A stretch of DNA of 64,000 bases from contig OZ220691.1 in the NCBI GenBank assembly GCA_965116475.1, positions 128,001 through 192,000 of the forward strand. The letters run 5' to 3'. Of the stretch, positions 39,477 through 49,273 are shown one piece after another. The notes below the pieces were generated by a model, which ran no database searches, was not told where the DNA came from, and saw only the letters and a list, made by a program, of their open reading frames with translations. This DNA comes from Gemmatimonadota bacterium. Lineage in GTDB: Bacteria; Gemmatimonadota; Gemmatimonadetes; Palauibacterales; Palauibacteraceae. The position numbers and the translations under genes are program-made. Numbering within the stretch: the first letter of the stretch is position 1; the number at the start of each line of letters is the position of its first letter.

Positions 39477-41027
39477 ATGGCACACAACCGTTCGGAAGAC
39501 GGATCCGCGACGCGCTCGCGCGGCCAGCGCATTGGGCTGTGGCTCGGACCGCTCCTCTTCCTGCTGGTGCTCCTGCTCGACCTCGAGCCGGGTCGGCCCG
39601 AAGTCACCCGCATGGCGGCGGTGGCCGTCCTCATGGCCACATGGTGGATCACCGACGCGATTCCGCTCTTCGCGACCGCGCTGCTCCCGCTTCTCCTGTT
39701 CCCGATCCTCGGGATCGAACGGACGGGGGAGACGGCGCCCATCTACTTCAACAGCACGATCGTCCTCTTCCTCGGCGGCTTCATGATCGCGCTCACGATG
39801 GAGAAGTGGGATGTCCACCGGCGAATCGCCCTCTGGGTCATTCGCGCGGTGGGCGGCGGCCCGGCCCGCATCGTACTCGGCTTCATGCTCGCGGCGGCCT
39901 TCCTCTCCATGTGGATCTCGAACACGGCCACCGCGATCATGATGGTCCCCGTCGGACTCGCCGTCATCCTCCGCATGGAGGAGCAGTTCGGGCGCCGCCG
40001 GACGCGCGCCTTCTCCGTGTCGATCATGCTGGGAATCGCGTACGCCTGCTCCGCCGGCGGGATCGCGACGCTGGTCGGCACGCCGCCGAACCTCTCCCTC
40101 CAGCGCATCTTCGCGATCACGTTCCCGGACGCCCCGCACATCTCCTTCGGTACGTGGTTCGTCATGGCGCTGCCGATCGCGGCGCTGATGCTCGTCTTCG
40201 CGTGGGTCCTGATCACCCGGGTCTTCTTCCGCGTGTCAGACGAGGTCTCGGTCGACCGCGACATCGTGGAGTCCGAGATGCGGAAGCTCGGCCCCGTAGC
40301 CTTCGAAGAACGGGCGATCCTCGCCGTCTTCGCGACGACGGCCCTGCTGTGGGTGTTCCGCGCACCGATCGAGATCGGCCGGCTCACGATCCCGGGCTGG
40401 TCGTCGCTCCTGCCCTACGGTCACCTGATCGACGACGGGACGGTCGCGATCACGATGGCCTGCATTCTCTTTCTCGTCCCGACGAGGTCGCCGGGCGCAA
40501 AGTCCGCCACGGTCATGGGACCCGGCGTCGTGCGGCGGCTCCCGTGGAATATCGTGCTGCTGTTCGGGGGAGGCTTCGCCCTCGCGCACGGCTTCCAGGC
40601 CACGGGGCTGGCGCGCTTCGTCGGGGAGGCGTTCAGCGGGCTGTCGACGGTGCCGCCGCTCGTGCTGATCTTCGTCATCTGCCTCGCGATGACGTTCCTC
40701 ACCGAACTCACGTCGAACACGGCGACGACGGAGATGGTGCTCCCGATCTTCGCGGCCGTGGCTGTCGCGACCGGCGTTCACCCGCTCCTGCTGATGATAC
40801 CGGCGACGCTCTCCGCTTCGTGCGCCTTCATGATGCCGGTGGCGACGCCGCCCAACGCCGTCGTGTTCGGGAGCAACCGGGTGAGGATCGCGGAGATGGC
40901 GCGGGCGGGGCTGTTCCTCAACCTGATCGGCGCCATCGTGATCACGCTGATCTTCCGCGCCCTGGGACCGCTGCTGTTCGGGATCGAACCCGGCGTCCTG
41001 CCCGACTGGGCGCACCCGGGTTCGTAG
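39477..41027 (+). CDS. SLC13/DASS family anion (di/tricarboxylate or sulfate) transporter
   Basis: SMWISNTAT, LVGTPPN, ELTSNTAT, PVATPPN; many TM helices. Confidence 0.92.
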   Translation: MAHNRSEDGSATRSRGQRIGLWLGPLLFLLVLLLDLEPGRPEVTRMAAVAVLMATWWITDAIPLFATALLPLLLFPILGIERTGETAPIYFNSTIVLFLGGFMIALTMEKWDVHRRIALWVIRAVGGGPARIVLGFMLAAAFLSMWISNTATAIMMVPVGLAVILRMEEQFGRRRTRAFSVSIMLGIAYACSAGGIATLVGTPPNLSLQRIFAITFPDAPHISFGTWFVMALPIAALMLVFAWVLITRVFFRVSDEVSVDRDIVESEMRKLGPVAFEERAILAVFATTALLWVFRAPIEIGRLTIPGWSSLLPYGHLIDDGTVAITMACILFLVPTRSPGAKSATVMGPGVVRRLPWNIVLLFGGGFALAHGFQATGLARFVGEAFSGLSTVPPLVLIFVICLAMTFLTELTSNTATTEMVLPIFAAVAVATGVHPLLLMIPATLSASCAFMMPVATPPNAVVFGSNRVRIAEMARAGLFLNLIGAIVITLIFRALGPLLFGIEPGVLPDWAHPGS

Positions 41028-41128
41028 GCAGGGAAGTCAACGCCGGGAAATCAACATCCGGGGGAAGCGGCCGGACCGCCGGGAACGGCCCCGGCCGCCA
41101 CAGCCCCCGGAGACTGTCGGACCGGCGG

Positions 41129-42043
41129 TTACATGCCGGCGTGCGCTCCCATCAGGAGCCAGTGCAGCATGAGGCCGCCGTCCTCGCCTCGCGAGTAGAG
41201 TCCGGCGAAATGGCCACCGCCGGCCCCGTCCGGACCCTCGGTGCCGTACGTGCCGATGCCGACCACGTGACCCTCGTCGAGATCGTGCGCGGACCAGCCG
41301 CTGATCCCGCTGAACGTCACGCCCGCATCGAACATCGCCTGCAGCCCTTCCTCCACGGCCGCGCGACCCTCGCGGGCCCGCTCGCCCGGCATCATCGCGA
41401 CCGCGCTCTCCGTGAAGGTGTTCGCGACCATCGAGGCGTGCCCCATGTTGTAATGGGTGGCGAAGTAGTCGCCGCTCGCCTGAATGAGGTCGCCGCCCAT
41501 CCCCTCGGGCATCTCCATCATCTGGCCGGCGGACATCGACTGGTCGGGCGTGTCGTAGTTGCTCACGACCCCCTTGAGCGACCATTCGCCGTCCACGTTC
41601 TCGGCCACGGCCATGTAGTACCCGGAGTTCCGGACTTCCGCTCCGTCCACCGTTCCCGTGAGGACGTAGTGGCCGCGCGAAACGATCTGGTCGCCGAAGC
41701 CCATGGTTTCGCCGGGATGGATCGCGAGTTGCGAACCCTCCGCGTCAATCCGCGCCTGGAGGGCGGCGCCGACCGCCTCGCTCCCGTAGACCATGGCGCC
41801 GGAGGCGCTCCACAGGAGTCCGTCCTCGGAATAGCGGCCGCCGACCATGCTGCCGTGGCCCATGTTGAAATGCGTCTCGTAGTAGTCGGTGATTTCCGTC
41901 ATCGCCGCTTCGGCGTCGGACATGGCCGGAGCTTCGTCCATCGCCTCCGTCGTCTCCTCCGTCATCGCGGCTTCTTCCGTCTCCGCCCCGCCGCAGGCGA
42001 TGGTCAGAGCCAGGGCAAAGGGAGCCAGGGTGCGGATGCGCAT
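41129..42043 (-). CDS. Lipoprotein with two tandem NTF2/SnoaL-like (DUF4440-like) domains
   Basis: Lipobox TIA-C; internal duplication DYYETHFNMGHGSMV / DYFATHYNMGHASMV; GEW/GGL terminal strands. Confidence 0.7.
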   Translation of the reverse strand: MRIRTLAPFALALTIACGGAETEEAAMTEETTEAMDEAPAMSDAEAAMTEITDYYETHFNMGHGSMVGGRYSEDGLLWSASGAMVYGSEAVGAALQARIDAEGSQLAIHPGETMGFGDQIVSRGHYVLTGTVDGAEVRNSGYYMAVAENVDGEWSLKGVVSNYDTPDQSMSAGQMMEMPEGMGGDLIQASGDYFATHYNMGHASMVANTFTESAVAMMPGERAREGRAAVEEGLQAMFDAGVTFSGISGWSAHDLDEGHVVGIGTYGTEGPDGAGGGHFAGLYSRGEDGGLMLHWLLMGAHAGM

Positions 42044-42319
42044 CGCGGTACCTCCTTCGAATATGACGTCGCGCCCTCCGCACGCGTGCCTTTCACTGCG
42101 GGGATCGTCGACGAGACAAGGCGTAACTGTTGGAACGCTACGCTTTTCAAGGCGGATCCGTCAATGCGGCGGGCGGGCGGATCGACCGCCGCGGCCGGAC
42201 CGCCGAGGTTGGCCGCCATTCCACCCTCGCTTAGGTTGGGCGCCCGGGTCGACGACCGCATGGTCTGCGACCCCGCACTCGACCCGCCCACGTCATCTCC
42301 GAACCGGGAAGCCGACAGC

Positions 42320-44845
42320 ATGTTCCAGATCGTGCGCAGCACACGCCCTCTCGCCTTCGTCCTCCTGCTCTCGCTCCTCGTCGTGGCCACGGGCTGCATC
42401 CGGCCCTTCGCCCGGCCCGCGCCCGCACCGTCCCCCGCGGCCGGAGGCGGACCCGGCGCCCGCGGCGGCGGCGGGGATGACGAAGACGGCCCTGAGCCCT
42501 ATGCCGAGGTCGTCACGGAGGAAGCGGTCACCGACTCGGGGATGGTCCACGTCCACCGGGTGGACGACAAATGGCTGTTCGAGATCCCGCAGGAGATTCT
42601 GGGGCGCGAGATCCTGCTCGTGAGCCGCGTGGCGTCGGTGCCGGACGGGATGGGCTACGGCGGCCAGAAGGCGAATACGCAGGTCATTCGCTGGGAGAGG
42701 AACGGGCCCGACGACGAGCGGATCTTCCTGCGTGTCGTGCGACACACGAACGTGGCGGACGAGACCCTTCCGGTGGCGCGGGCCGTGCGGGGCGCGAACT
42801 TCGAACCGATCCTGCGGGCCTTCGACATCGAGGCGCTGAACGACGACTCGACGAGCGTCGTCATCGACGCCTCGCCGCTATTCGAGTCCGATATCCCCAT
42901 GTTCGGGCTGAGCCAGCCCCGCCGCGACGCGTACCGGGTGCGCTCGCTGGACTCGAACCGCACCTACGTGGACTGGATCAAGAGCTTCCCCCGCAACCTC
43001 GAGGTGCGGCACGTCCTCACCTACAACGCGCAGACACCTCCGTCGAACGCGAGCACGAATTCGATCTCGATCGAAATGAACCAGTCGATGGTGCTGCTCC
43101 CGGACGAACCGATGGAGCCGCGCCTCTTCGACGAGCGGGTGGGCTACTTCAACGTGAGCCAGGTGGATTACGGCCGCAGCGACCAGAAGGTCGTCACGCG
43201 CACCTACGTGACGCGGTGGCGGCTCGAGCCGAGCGACACCGCGGCCTTCCGGCGCGGCGAACTCGTCGACCCGGTCAAACCCATCGTCTTCTACCTCGAC
43301 CCCGCCACGCCCGAGAAGTGGCGGCCGTACCTCATCCAGGGCATCGAGGACTGGCAGGAGGCGTTCGAGGCGGCGGGCTTCAGCAACGCGATTCAGGGGC
43401 GGATGCCGCCCTCCTTCGAGGAGGACCCGGAGTTCAGCCCGGAGGATGTGCGCTATTCCGTGATCCGCTGGCTCCCGTCGCAGGTCCAGAACGCCTCCGG
43501 ACCGCATGTGCACGACCCGAGGACCGGGGAGATCCTCGAGAGCGACATCCAGTGGTACCACAACGTCGCGAACCTGCTGCGGAACTGGTATCTGATCCAG
43601 ACGGCGGCCGTGAATCCGGCGGCGCGGCGGGCGCTGTTCGATGACGAGGTGATGGGCCGGCTGATCCGCTTCGTGGCGGCGCACGAGGTCGGACACACGC
43701 TCGGACTCCCACACAACATGAAGTCGAGTTCCGCCTTCCCCGTGGATTCTCTGCGGGCCCCGGGCTTCGTGTGCCGCGAGGGGGTGGCCCCGTCGATCAT
43801 GGACTACGCGCGCTTCAACTACGTCGCGCAGCCGGAGGACGAGGGGGCGTGCGTGGATCCGCGGATCGGCGAATACGACCGTTTCTCGATCAACTGGGGC
43901 TACCGCCCGATCCTCGATGCGGACACGGACGAGGAGCGCGCGACGCTCGACGCCTGGATCCGGGAGGTCGAGGACGACCCGGTCTACGCTTTCGGCAATT
44001 CGACGCCGATCGACCCGACCGCCCAGACGGAGGCCGTCGGCTCCGATGCGATGGAGGCGAGCGATCTCGGGATCGAGAACCTGAAGCGGATCCTGCCCAA
44101 CCTCGTCGAATGGAGCAGTGACGGGCGCGAAGGCGAGAACTACGAGGAACTGGCCGAACTCTACAACAACGTCATCGGCCAGTGGAACCGCTACATGGGC
44201 CACGTCGGCACCGTGGTCGGCGGCGTGACGCGCACGCGGAAGCGCATCGGGCAGGAGGGGGCGGTCTACGAGTTCGTGGACGAAGCCACGCAGCGGCGGG
44301 CCATGGACTTCTTCGCGCGGCAGGCCTTCGACCCGCCGACGTGGATGGTCGACGAGGAGATCCTGTCGAAGATCGAGAACCCGTCGACGGTGGACCGCAT
44401 GCGCAGCATCCAGGTGCGGGTCGTGAACCTGATCCTCGACCCCGGCCGCATGCAGCGGCTGATCGAGGCGGAGGCCCGGAACGGGGGCGACCACTACAGC
44501 CTCGGCGAGATGTTCGAGGACCTGCGCGGCTCGATCTGGGGAGAGCTGGACAGCGGCGCCTCGATCGGGGTCTACCGGCGGAATCTCCAGCGCGGGCACC
44601 TGGAGCGGCTCGAGTACCTGATGACGCAGGAATTCTCGCTCCCGATCTTCATCTTCGGCGGTCTGTCGGACTTCTTCACTTCGGTGGACGTGTCGCAGTC
44701 GGACATCCGAGCCTTCGTGCGGGGCGAACTCCACGGGCTCCGGGATGCGATCGAACGCACGCTGCGGCGCCGGCTCGACCGCACGACGGAACTGCACTTG
44801 CGCGACGCGCTCGCCCGGATCGACGACATCCTCGACCCCGACTGA
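42320..44845 (+). CDS. Zinc-dependent metalloprotease lipoprotein (DUF5117/DUF4953-like met-zincin)
   Basis: Lipobox ATG-C, DERVGYF, DPRTGEI, HEVGHTLGLPHN, SIMDY Met-turn. Confidence 0.88.
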   Translation: MFQIVRSTRPLAFVLLLSLLVVATGCIRPFARPAPAPSPAAGGGPGARGGGGDDEDGPEPYAEVVTEEAVTDSGMVHVHRVDDKWLFEIPQEILGREILLVSRVASVPDGMGYGGQKANTQVIRWERNGPDDERIFLRVVRHTNVADETLPVARAVRGANFEPILRAFDIEALNDDSTSVVIDASPLFESDIPMFGLSQPRRDAYRVRSLDSNRTYVDWIKSFPRNLEVRHVLTYNAQTPPSNASTNSISIEMNQSMVLLPDEPMEPRLFDERVGYFNVSQVDYGRSDQKVVTRTYVTRWRLEPSDTAAFRRGELVDPVKPIVFYLDPATPEKWRPYLIQGIEDWQEAFEAAGFSNAIQGRMPPSFEEDPEFSPEDVRYSVIRWLPSQVQNASGPHVHDPRTGEILESDIQWYHNVANLLRNWYLIQTAAVNPAARRALFDDEVMGRLIRFVAAHEVGHTLGLPHNMKSSSAFPVDSLRAPGFVCREGVAPSIMDYARFNYVAQPEDEGACVDPRIGEYDRFSINWGYRPILDADTDEERATLDAWIREVEDDPVYAFGNSTPIDPTAQTEAVGSDAMEASDLGIENLKRILPNLVEWSSDGREGENYEELAELYNNVIGQWNRYMGHVGTVVGGVTRTRKRIGQEGAVYEFVDEATQRRAMDFFARQAFDPPTWMVDEEILSKIENPSTVDRMRSIQVRVVNLILDPGRMQRLIEAEARNGGDHYSLGEMFEDLRGSIWGELDSGASIGVYRRNLQRGHLERLEYLMTQEFSLPIFIFGGLSDFFTSVDVSQSDIRAFVRGELHGLRDAIERTLRRRLDRTTELHLRDALARIDDILDPD

Positions 44846-44900
44846 GCCACGGGGCGTGAAGCCCGATTCCCAAGCGAGTGCTTCGACGAGGACGCGGCGG

Positions 44901-47900
44901 CTAGAAGCGGACGCGGACGCCCAGTTGGGCGCGGCGGGTGTCGCCGAGGCCGCTCCGGATCGTGCCGTCGAAGTTGAACAGGAGGCCCGTCTGCGCGGTG
45001 TCGAGGAAGTTGTCGGCGCCTGTCAGGTTGAACGCCTCCAGGATCGGCTCGACGGTGCGCCCGTCCCCGATGTCGAAGGACTTCGATAGTCGCAGATCCC
45101 AAGTGAAGAAGTCGTTCTCGCGCCGGAGCGTGTTGCGCCTGAGGACGGAACCGTCGGCGCACACGCGGTCCCCCGGGGCCCCGGCGCGCTGGCCCGCCGG
45201 CGCGGCGAGCGGATTCGCCGCCGTTGGGCCGCAACTCTCCGACATCGGCGATGCGGAGAGGTATCGGAAGACGTGGTTGAGAACGACGCCGCGTCCGAGA
45301 TCGAAGAGCATGAAACCCGTCAGCTGGTGCCGCCGGTCCCGGATCGACCAGTTGTACTCGGGCTCGAAATCGGTTGCGGTCGCATAGAAGAAGTTGAAGG
45401 GGTCCCGTTCGTTATCGTCGTCCGACCGGTCGAAACCCAGCGTGTAGTTCGCCTCGAAACTCAGCCTCCCGTCGAGCGCGGCGTCCCCGTGCAGTCCGAG
45501 CGTGACGGCGTTGTAGCGGGAGCGCGCGCTGCTCTCGGTCACGGTGACCGTCCCGAGCCCGTTGGCCCCCTCCGCGAAGGGCGCGCCGAGTTCCGCCGCG
45601 TTGCGGTCCACGAAGCGGAACAGGTTGTCGGTGCGGGCGTGCTGCAGCGAAAGCGTCGCCGCGGTGCTCCCGCTCAGCGCGCGCTCGACGGCGACGTTGA
45701 AGGACCAGGTCCGCGGCAGTTCCAGGTTGCGGTCCGCGATGTTCACGCCGGGCTGGAAGGGCGGCGTGCCCGGCGGAGGCGGCGTCAGGAATTCGCCGAT
45801 CTGCGGCGGCGGCGGAAGGAAGGTCGCGTCGCTGGCCGCGAACTGCGTCCCCTGGAACGCGCCGTTCGTCGTACGGTGCTGCGCGAACACCAGCATCGGG
45901 ATGCGCGAGAAGTAGGACCCCGCGTTCACGCGGACGAGCGTGCGCCCGTCGTCGCGGGGATCCCAGGCGAGCCCGAAGCGCGGCTGGAAGTTGTCGAGGT
46001 CGTCCGGAATCGTCCCGTCCGACGGGAAGCCCGCGGTCCCGATCCACGGTCCGTAGAAGGTGTCCCCGGGCTCGATGAACATCGCCGGGTGCCACGACCC
46101 CTCCCAGCGCACGCCGAGGTTCAGAGTCAGGTTGTCGCGCGGGCGCCAGGTGTCCTGGACGAAGAGTCCGAGTTCGTGCATCGAGAAGTCCTGCAGTCCG
46201 AGCCGGTCGGCCGGAGTATTCCCCAGCGTAAGGGCCTGCAGGTAGAGGAGCACGGGTCCGGTGATCGCGGTGCCCGGCGGACAGACGCCTTCCGCGCTGT
46301 CGGAACCGTCGGAGCAGGTGACGTACCGGTTCCCCCGCGTGACGAAGTTCATGAAACCGTCGACGGAGGAGAACTTGTAGAGGCCGTTCGCGAAGCCGAT
46401 GAACTGCTGGCCGACCCCCGTCCGGTTGTATTCCGCGCCCACCTTGAACAGGTGGTCTCCCGCGAGGAAGGAGAGGTTGTCGACGAGCTGGATGCGGGTG
46501 TCGTAGCCCGGGTCGATGGGGAGGAAGAAGGGCATCCCGATCCGGAACCCGTCCGCGAAATCCATCGCGATGTCCGGGAAGGGGCGGCCGCCGATCGCGC
46601 CGAAGGCCGGCTGCGCCGGCGGGGCGGAGCCCGGAAGCAGAGGTCCGTCGTATCCCCGGGGCCGGTCCTCGCGCGCGTACTGGACGCGGAACTCGTTGGA
46701 GACGGTGTTGGAAAGCTGCGACCTGAGGCTCGCGTTGATCGCATGGGAGAAGTCCTCCTCGAGGCCGTTCGCGCTGAGCCCCCAGGAATCCACGTCGAAC
46801 GTCCCGTTCACCTGCTGCGACCAGGTGTAGTTGTACTTGAAGGACGCCTGGTGACGGTCGCTGAGGTTGAAGTCGAGCTTCGCCACGAGCGCCCGGTTGT
46901 CGTCGGTGCGGCGGATCGGGCCGAACTCGGCGTCGAACAGGCCGGGCCACTGCGTCTGAAGGAAGGTCTCCAGCTTCTCGAGTTCGGACCGGTTCACGAC
47001 GTTGCGCGTGAACTGCTTCGTCTCGCTCGCTTCCTGCTGGTCGTAGGCGACGAAGAAAAACGCCTTGTCCCGCACGATCGGGCCGCCGAGGGTGAAGCCG
47101 AACTGGCCGCGTCCGAACTCGGGCTTTCCGCCGCCGCGCTCGCTCGGGTATGCGGTGGAGATCGCATCCCACTGGCCGAAGTAGTGCGCGGAACCCGTGA
47201 ACTCGTTCGTGCCCGACTTCGTGATCACGTTCACGAAGCCGCCGGCGGAGCGCCCGAACTCCGCCGACGCGCCCTGGCTCACGACGACGATCTCTTCGAT
47301 GGCGTCCTGGTTGAAGGTGAAGGCGGGGCGCTGGCCGCCCCGCTGCTCGCCGAAGAAGGGATTGTTGAAGTCGGCTCCATCCACGGAGACGTTGTTGAAG
47401 ATCCCCCGCTGTCCCCCGATGTTGAGGACTTCGCCGTCCGGACCCTGCGACATGGAGGCGCCCGGCGTGAGGAGCGTGTAGTCGAGGAAGTTCCGGCCGT
47501 TGTTGGGCAGGTTGTCGACGACCTCCTCGGCGAGGCGATGGGAACTCGACGGGTCCTCCGTGTCGACGAGCGGCGTCCGGTCCGCGACCACGGTGATCTC
47601 GGACACCGCGACGGGCTTGAATTCGAGTACGAGATCGAGGACCTCTCCCACGCGGAGGACGAGCCCCTCGGTGCGCTCGTCGCCGAACTGCCCCAGCGCC
47701 CGGGCGGTGACGTCATAGACGCCCAGCGGAAGGAGCGTGCGCACGAACGCCCCGTTCGAGCCCGTCACGACCGTCGTCTCGAAGCCGGTCGCGCGATGCT
47801 CGATGACCACGGCGGCACCGGCCACGGGCGCTCCCACGGGGTCGCGGACGACGCCGCGGATGACGCCGGTCGTCGCCTGGGCCTGCGCGGCCGCGTCCGA

Positions 47901-47981
47901 CGTGACGGCGCAGCACAGCGCGAGGACGGCGAACAGGAGGGTGGACGCGCGTCGGGAGACCGGAACCCGGCATGGCCGCAT
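44901..47981 (-). CDS. TonB-dependent receptor (Oar-like, N-terminal carboxypeptidase-regulatory-like domain)
   Basis: Signal peptide, GVIRGVVRD...GAPVAGA, LPNNGRNF, VDGAD, AEFGRSAGG, C-terminal QLGVRVRF. Confidence 0.9.
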   Translation of the reverse strand: MRPCRVPVSRRASTLLFAVLALCCAVTSDAAAQAQATTGVIRGVVRDPVGAPVAGAAVVIEHRATGFETTVVTGSNGAFVRTLLPLGVYDVTARALGQFGDERTEGLVLRVGEVLDLVLEFKPVAVSEITVVADRTPLVDTEDPSSSHRLAEEVVDNLPNNGRNFLDYTLLTPGASMSQGPDGEVLNIGGQRGIFNNVSVDGADFNNPFFGEQRGGQRPAFTFNQDAIEEIVVVSQGASAEFGRSAGGFVNVITKSGTNEFTGSAHYFGQWDAISTAYPSERGGGKPEFGRGQFGFTLGGPIVRDKAFFFVAYDQQEASETKQFTRNVVNRSELEKLETFLQTQWPGLFDAEFGPIRRTDDNRALVAKLDFNLSDRHQASFKYNYTWSQQVNGTFDVDSWGLSANGLEEDFSHAINASLRSQLSNTVSNEFRVQYAREDRPRGYDGPLLPGSAPPAQPAFGAIGGRPFPDIAMDFADGFRIGMPFFLPIDPGYDTRIQLVDNLSFLAGDHLFKVGAEYNRTGVGQQFIGFANGLYKFSSVDGFMNFVTRGNRYVTCSDGSDSAEGVCPPGTAITGPVLLYLQALTLGNTPADRLGLQDFSMHELGLFVQDTWRPRDNLTLNLGVRWEGSWHPAMFIEPGDTFYGPWIGTAGFPSDGTIPDDLDNFQPRFGLAWDPRDDGRTLVRVNAGSYFSRIPMLVFAQHRTTNGAFQGTQFAASDATFLPPPPQIGEFLTPPPPGTPPFQPGVNIADRNLELPRTWSFNVAVERALSGSTAATLSLQHARTDNLFRFVDRNAAELGAPFAEGANGLGTVTVTESSARSRYNAVTLGLHGDAALDGRLSFEANYTLGFDRSDDDNERDPFNFFYATATDFEPEYNWSIRDRRHQLTGFMLFDLGRGVVLNHVFRYLSASPMSESCGPTAANPLAAPAGQRAGAPGDRVCADGSVLRRNTLRRENDFFTWDLRLSKSFDIGDGRTVEPILEAFNLTGADNFLDTAQTGLLFNFDGTIRSGLGDTRRAQLGVRVRF

Positions 47982-48051
47982 GGACGACTCCTTACTCTCG
48001 CTGGTGGATACAGGATGATGGTGGATACGGGCGTCGGGACGAGCTCGAAGA

Positions 48052-48125
48052 TGGGCCCGGCAGGATTCGAACCTGCGACCTTGGGATTATGAGTCCCCTG
48101 CTCTAACCAGCTGAGCTACGGGCCC
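48052..48125 (-). tRNA. tRNA with CAU anticodon, most likely tRNA-Ile2 (lysidine); CCA not encoded
   Basis: GGGCCCGTAGCTCAGCTGGTTAGAGCAGGGGACTCATAATCCCAAGGTCGCAGGTTCGAATCCTGCCGGGCCCA; the GACTCATAATC arm resembles Ile2 rather than fMet. Confidence 0.9.
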
Positions 48126-48210
48126 GCACGGAGCGTCAAACGTACGCGCCGCGCCGCCCGGCTCCAACGCCGGGGCGGCCGCCGGAGGACGCCGCGCTTC
48201 GGCGGCCCGG

Positions 48211-49273
48211 TCACGGCGCGACCTCGACCCCGACCGCCGGACCGTCCCGCGCAGTGACGTCTCCGATCACGGCGGCCGCATAGCCCGCGGCAACGAGGGC
48301 CGCCGACGCCGCCGACGCCTCGTGCGCGGGGACCGCCGCCAGCAGTCCGCCGGACGTCTGCGGGTCGAGCAACAGGGTCCGCAGATCGTCCGGGACGGCC
48401 TCATCCCACCGCACCTGCGAGGCGTAGGCGTCGCGGTTCCGGGTCGTACCGCCCGGCACGCACCCCTCTCCGGCGAGGCGCAGCGCTCCGGGGAGGAGCT
48501 TCGGCGCCGAAGCCCGGATCCGGGCGCTCGCGTCCGAGGCGCGGCACATCTCGAGCAGGTGGCCGAGGAGCCCGAAGCCCGTGACGTCGGTCGCGGCATG
48601 AACGTCGAAGCCGGAAAGGACGGCCGCCGCCTCGCGGTTGAGTCGCCGCATGGAATCGACGGCGACGAGAAGGTCGGCCGGATCCGTCACGCCCCGCTTG
48701 AGTCCGGTCGTGACGACGCCCGTTCCGAGCGCCTTGCCCAGCACAAGCGCGTCGCCCGGCCGCGCGCCGCCCTTTCTCCACAGGCGATCGGGATCGCCGA
48801 GTCCGATGGCCACCAGGCCGAACTTCGGCTCCGCGTCGTCGATCGAATGTCCACCGGCAACCGCGATGCCGGCCTCGCGGCACACTTCTCCCGCGCCGCG
48901 GAGGATCGCGCCGACCGTCTCATCGGAGAGGGTTCCGGCGGGAACCGCCAGGATGTTGAGCGCGAAGAGGGGGCCGGGCCCGCATCGCGTACAGGTCGCC
49001 GAGCGCGTTCGCGGCCGCGATGGCGCCGAAGTCCGCCGGATCGTCGACGAGCGGAGTGAAGAAGTCGAGGCTCGCAACGATCGCCTGCCCATCGTCGAGC
49101 AGATACACGGCGGCGTCGTCCGGGCCGTCGAGTCCCACGAGGAGCCGGTCGTCCGGGACGTGCGGCACGTGCTGCAGGATGCGGCCCAGATCCTCCGGGC
49201 CGAGCTTGCACGCTCAGCCGGCTCCGTGGGAGTACTGCGTCAGGCGGGCCGCTTCGGCCGAAGGCGAGTTCAC
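48211..49273 (-). CDS. selD: Selenide, water dikinase; selenocysteine at codon 20; +1 frameshift near 48969-48983
   Basis: GTG 49273: ...RLTQYSHGAG-UGA-ACKLGP; DDAAVY, DFFTP, ANALGDLYAM, then a frame change to PLFALNI, GGHSI, TDVTGFGLLGH, DPQTSGGLL. Confidence 0.92.
49182..49202 (-). promoter_or_regulatory. Bacterial SECIS-like hairpin after the selD UGA
   Basis: CGGCCCGGA-GGA-TCTGGGCCG starts 11 nt 3' of the UGA at 49216-49214, with G in the apical loop. Confidence 0.7.

Noticed and set aside
39245..44845. 1866-aa ORF as a giant fusion protein
   Set aside because: A stop-free shadow frame across the DASS gene and antisense to the NTF2 gene. Only the part from ATG 42320 (lipobox, zincin motifs) looks like protein.
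48052..48125. tRNA-Met or fMet assignment for the CAU tRNA
   Set aside because: The 1-72 pair is G-C and the anticodon stem lacks the three G-C pairs next to the loop that mark initiators. The arm resembles Ile2; elongator Met is not fully excluded.
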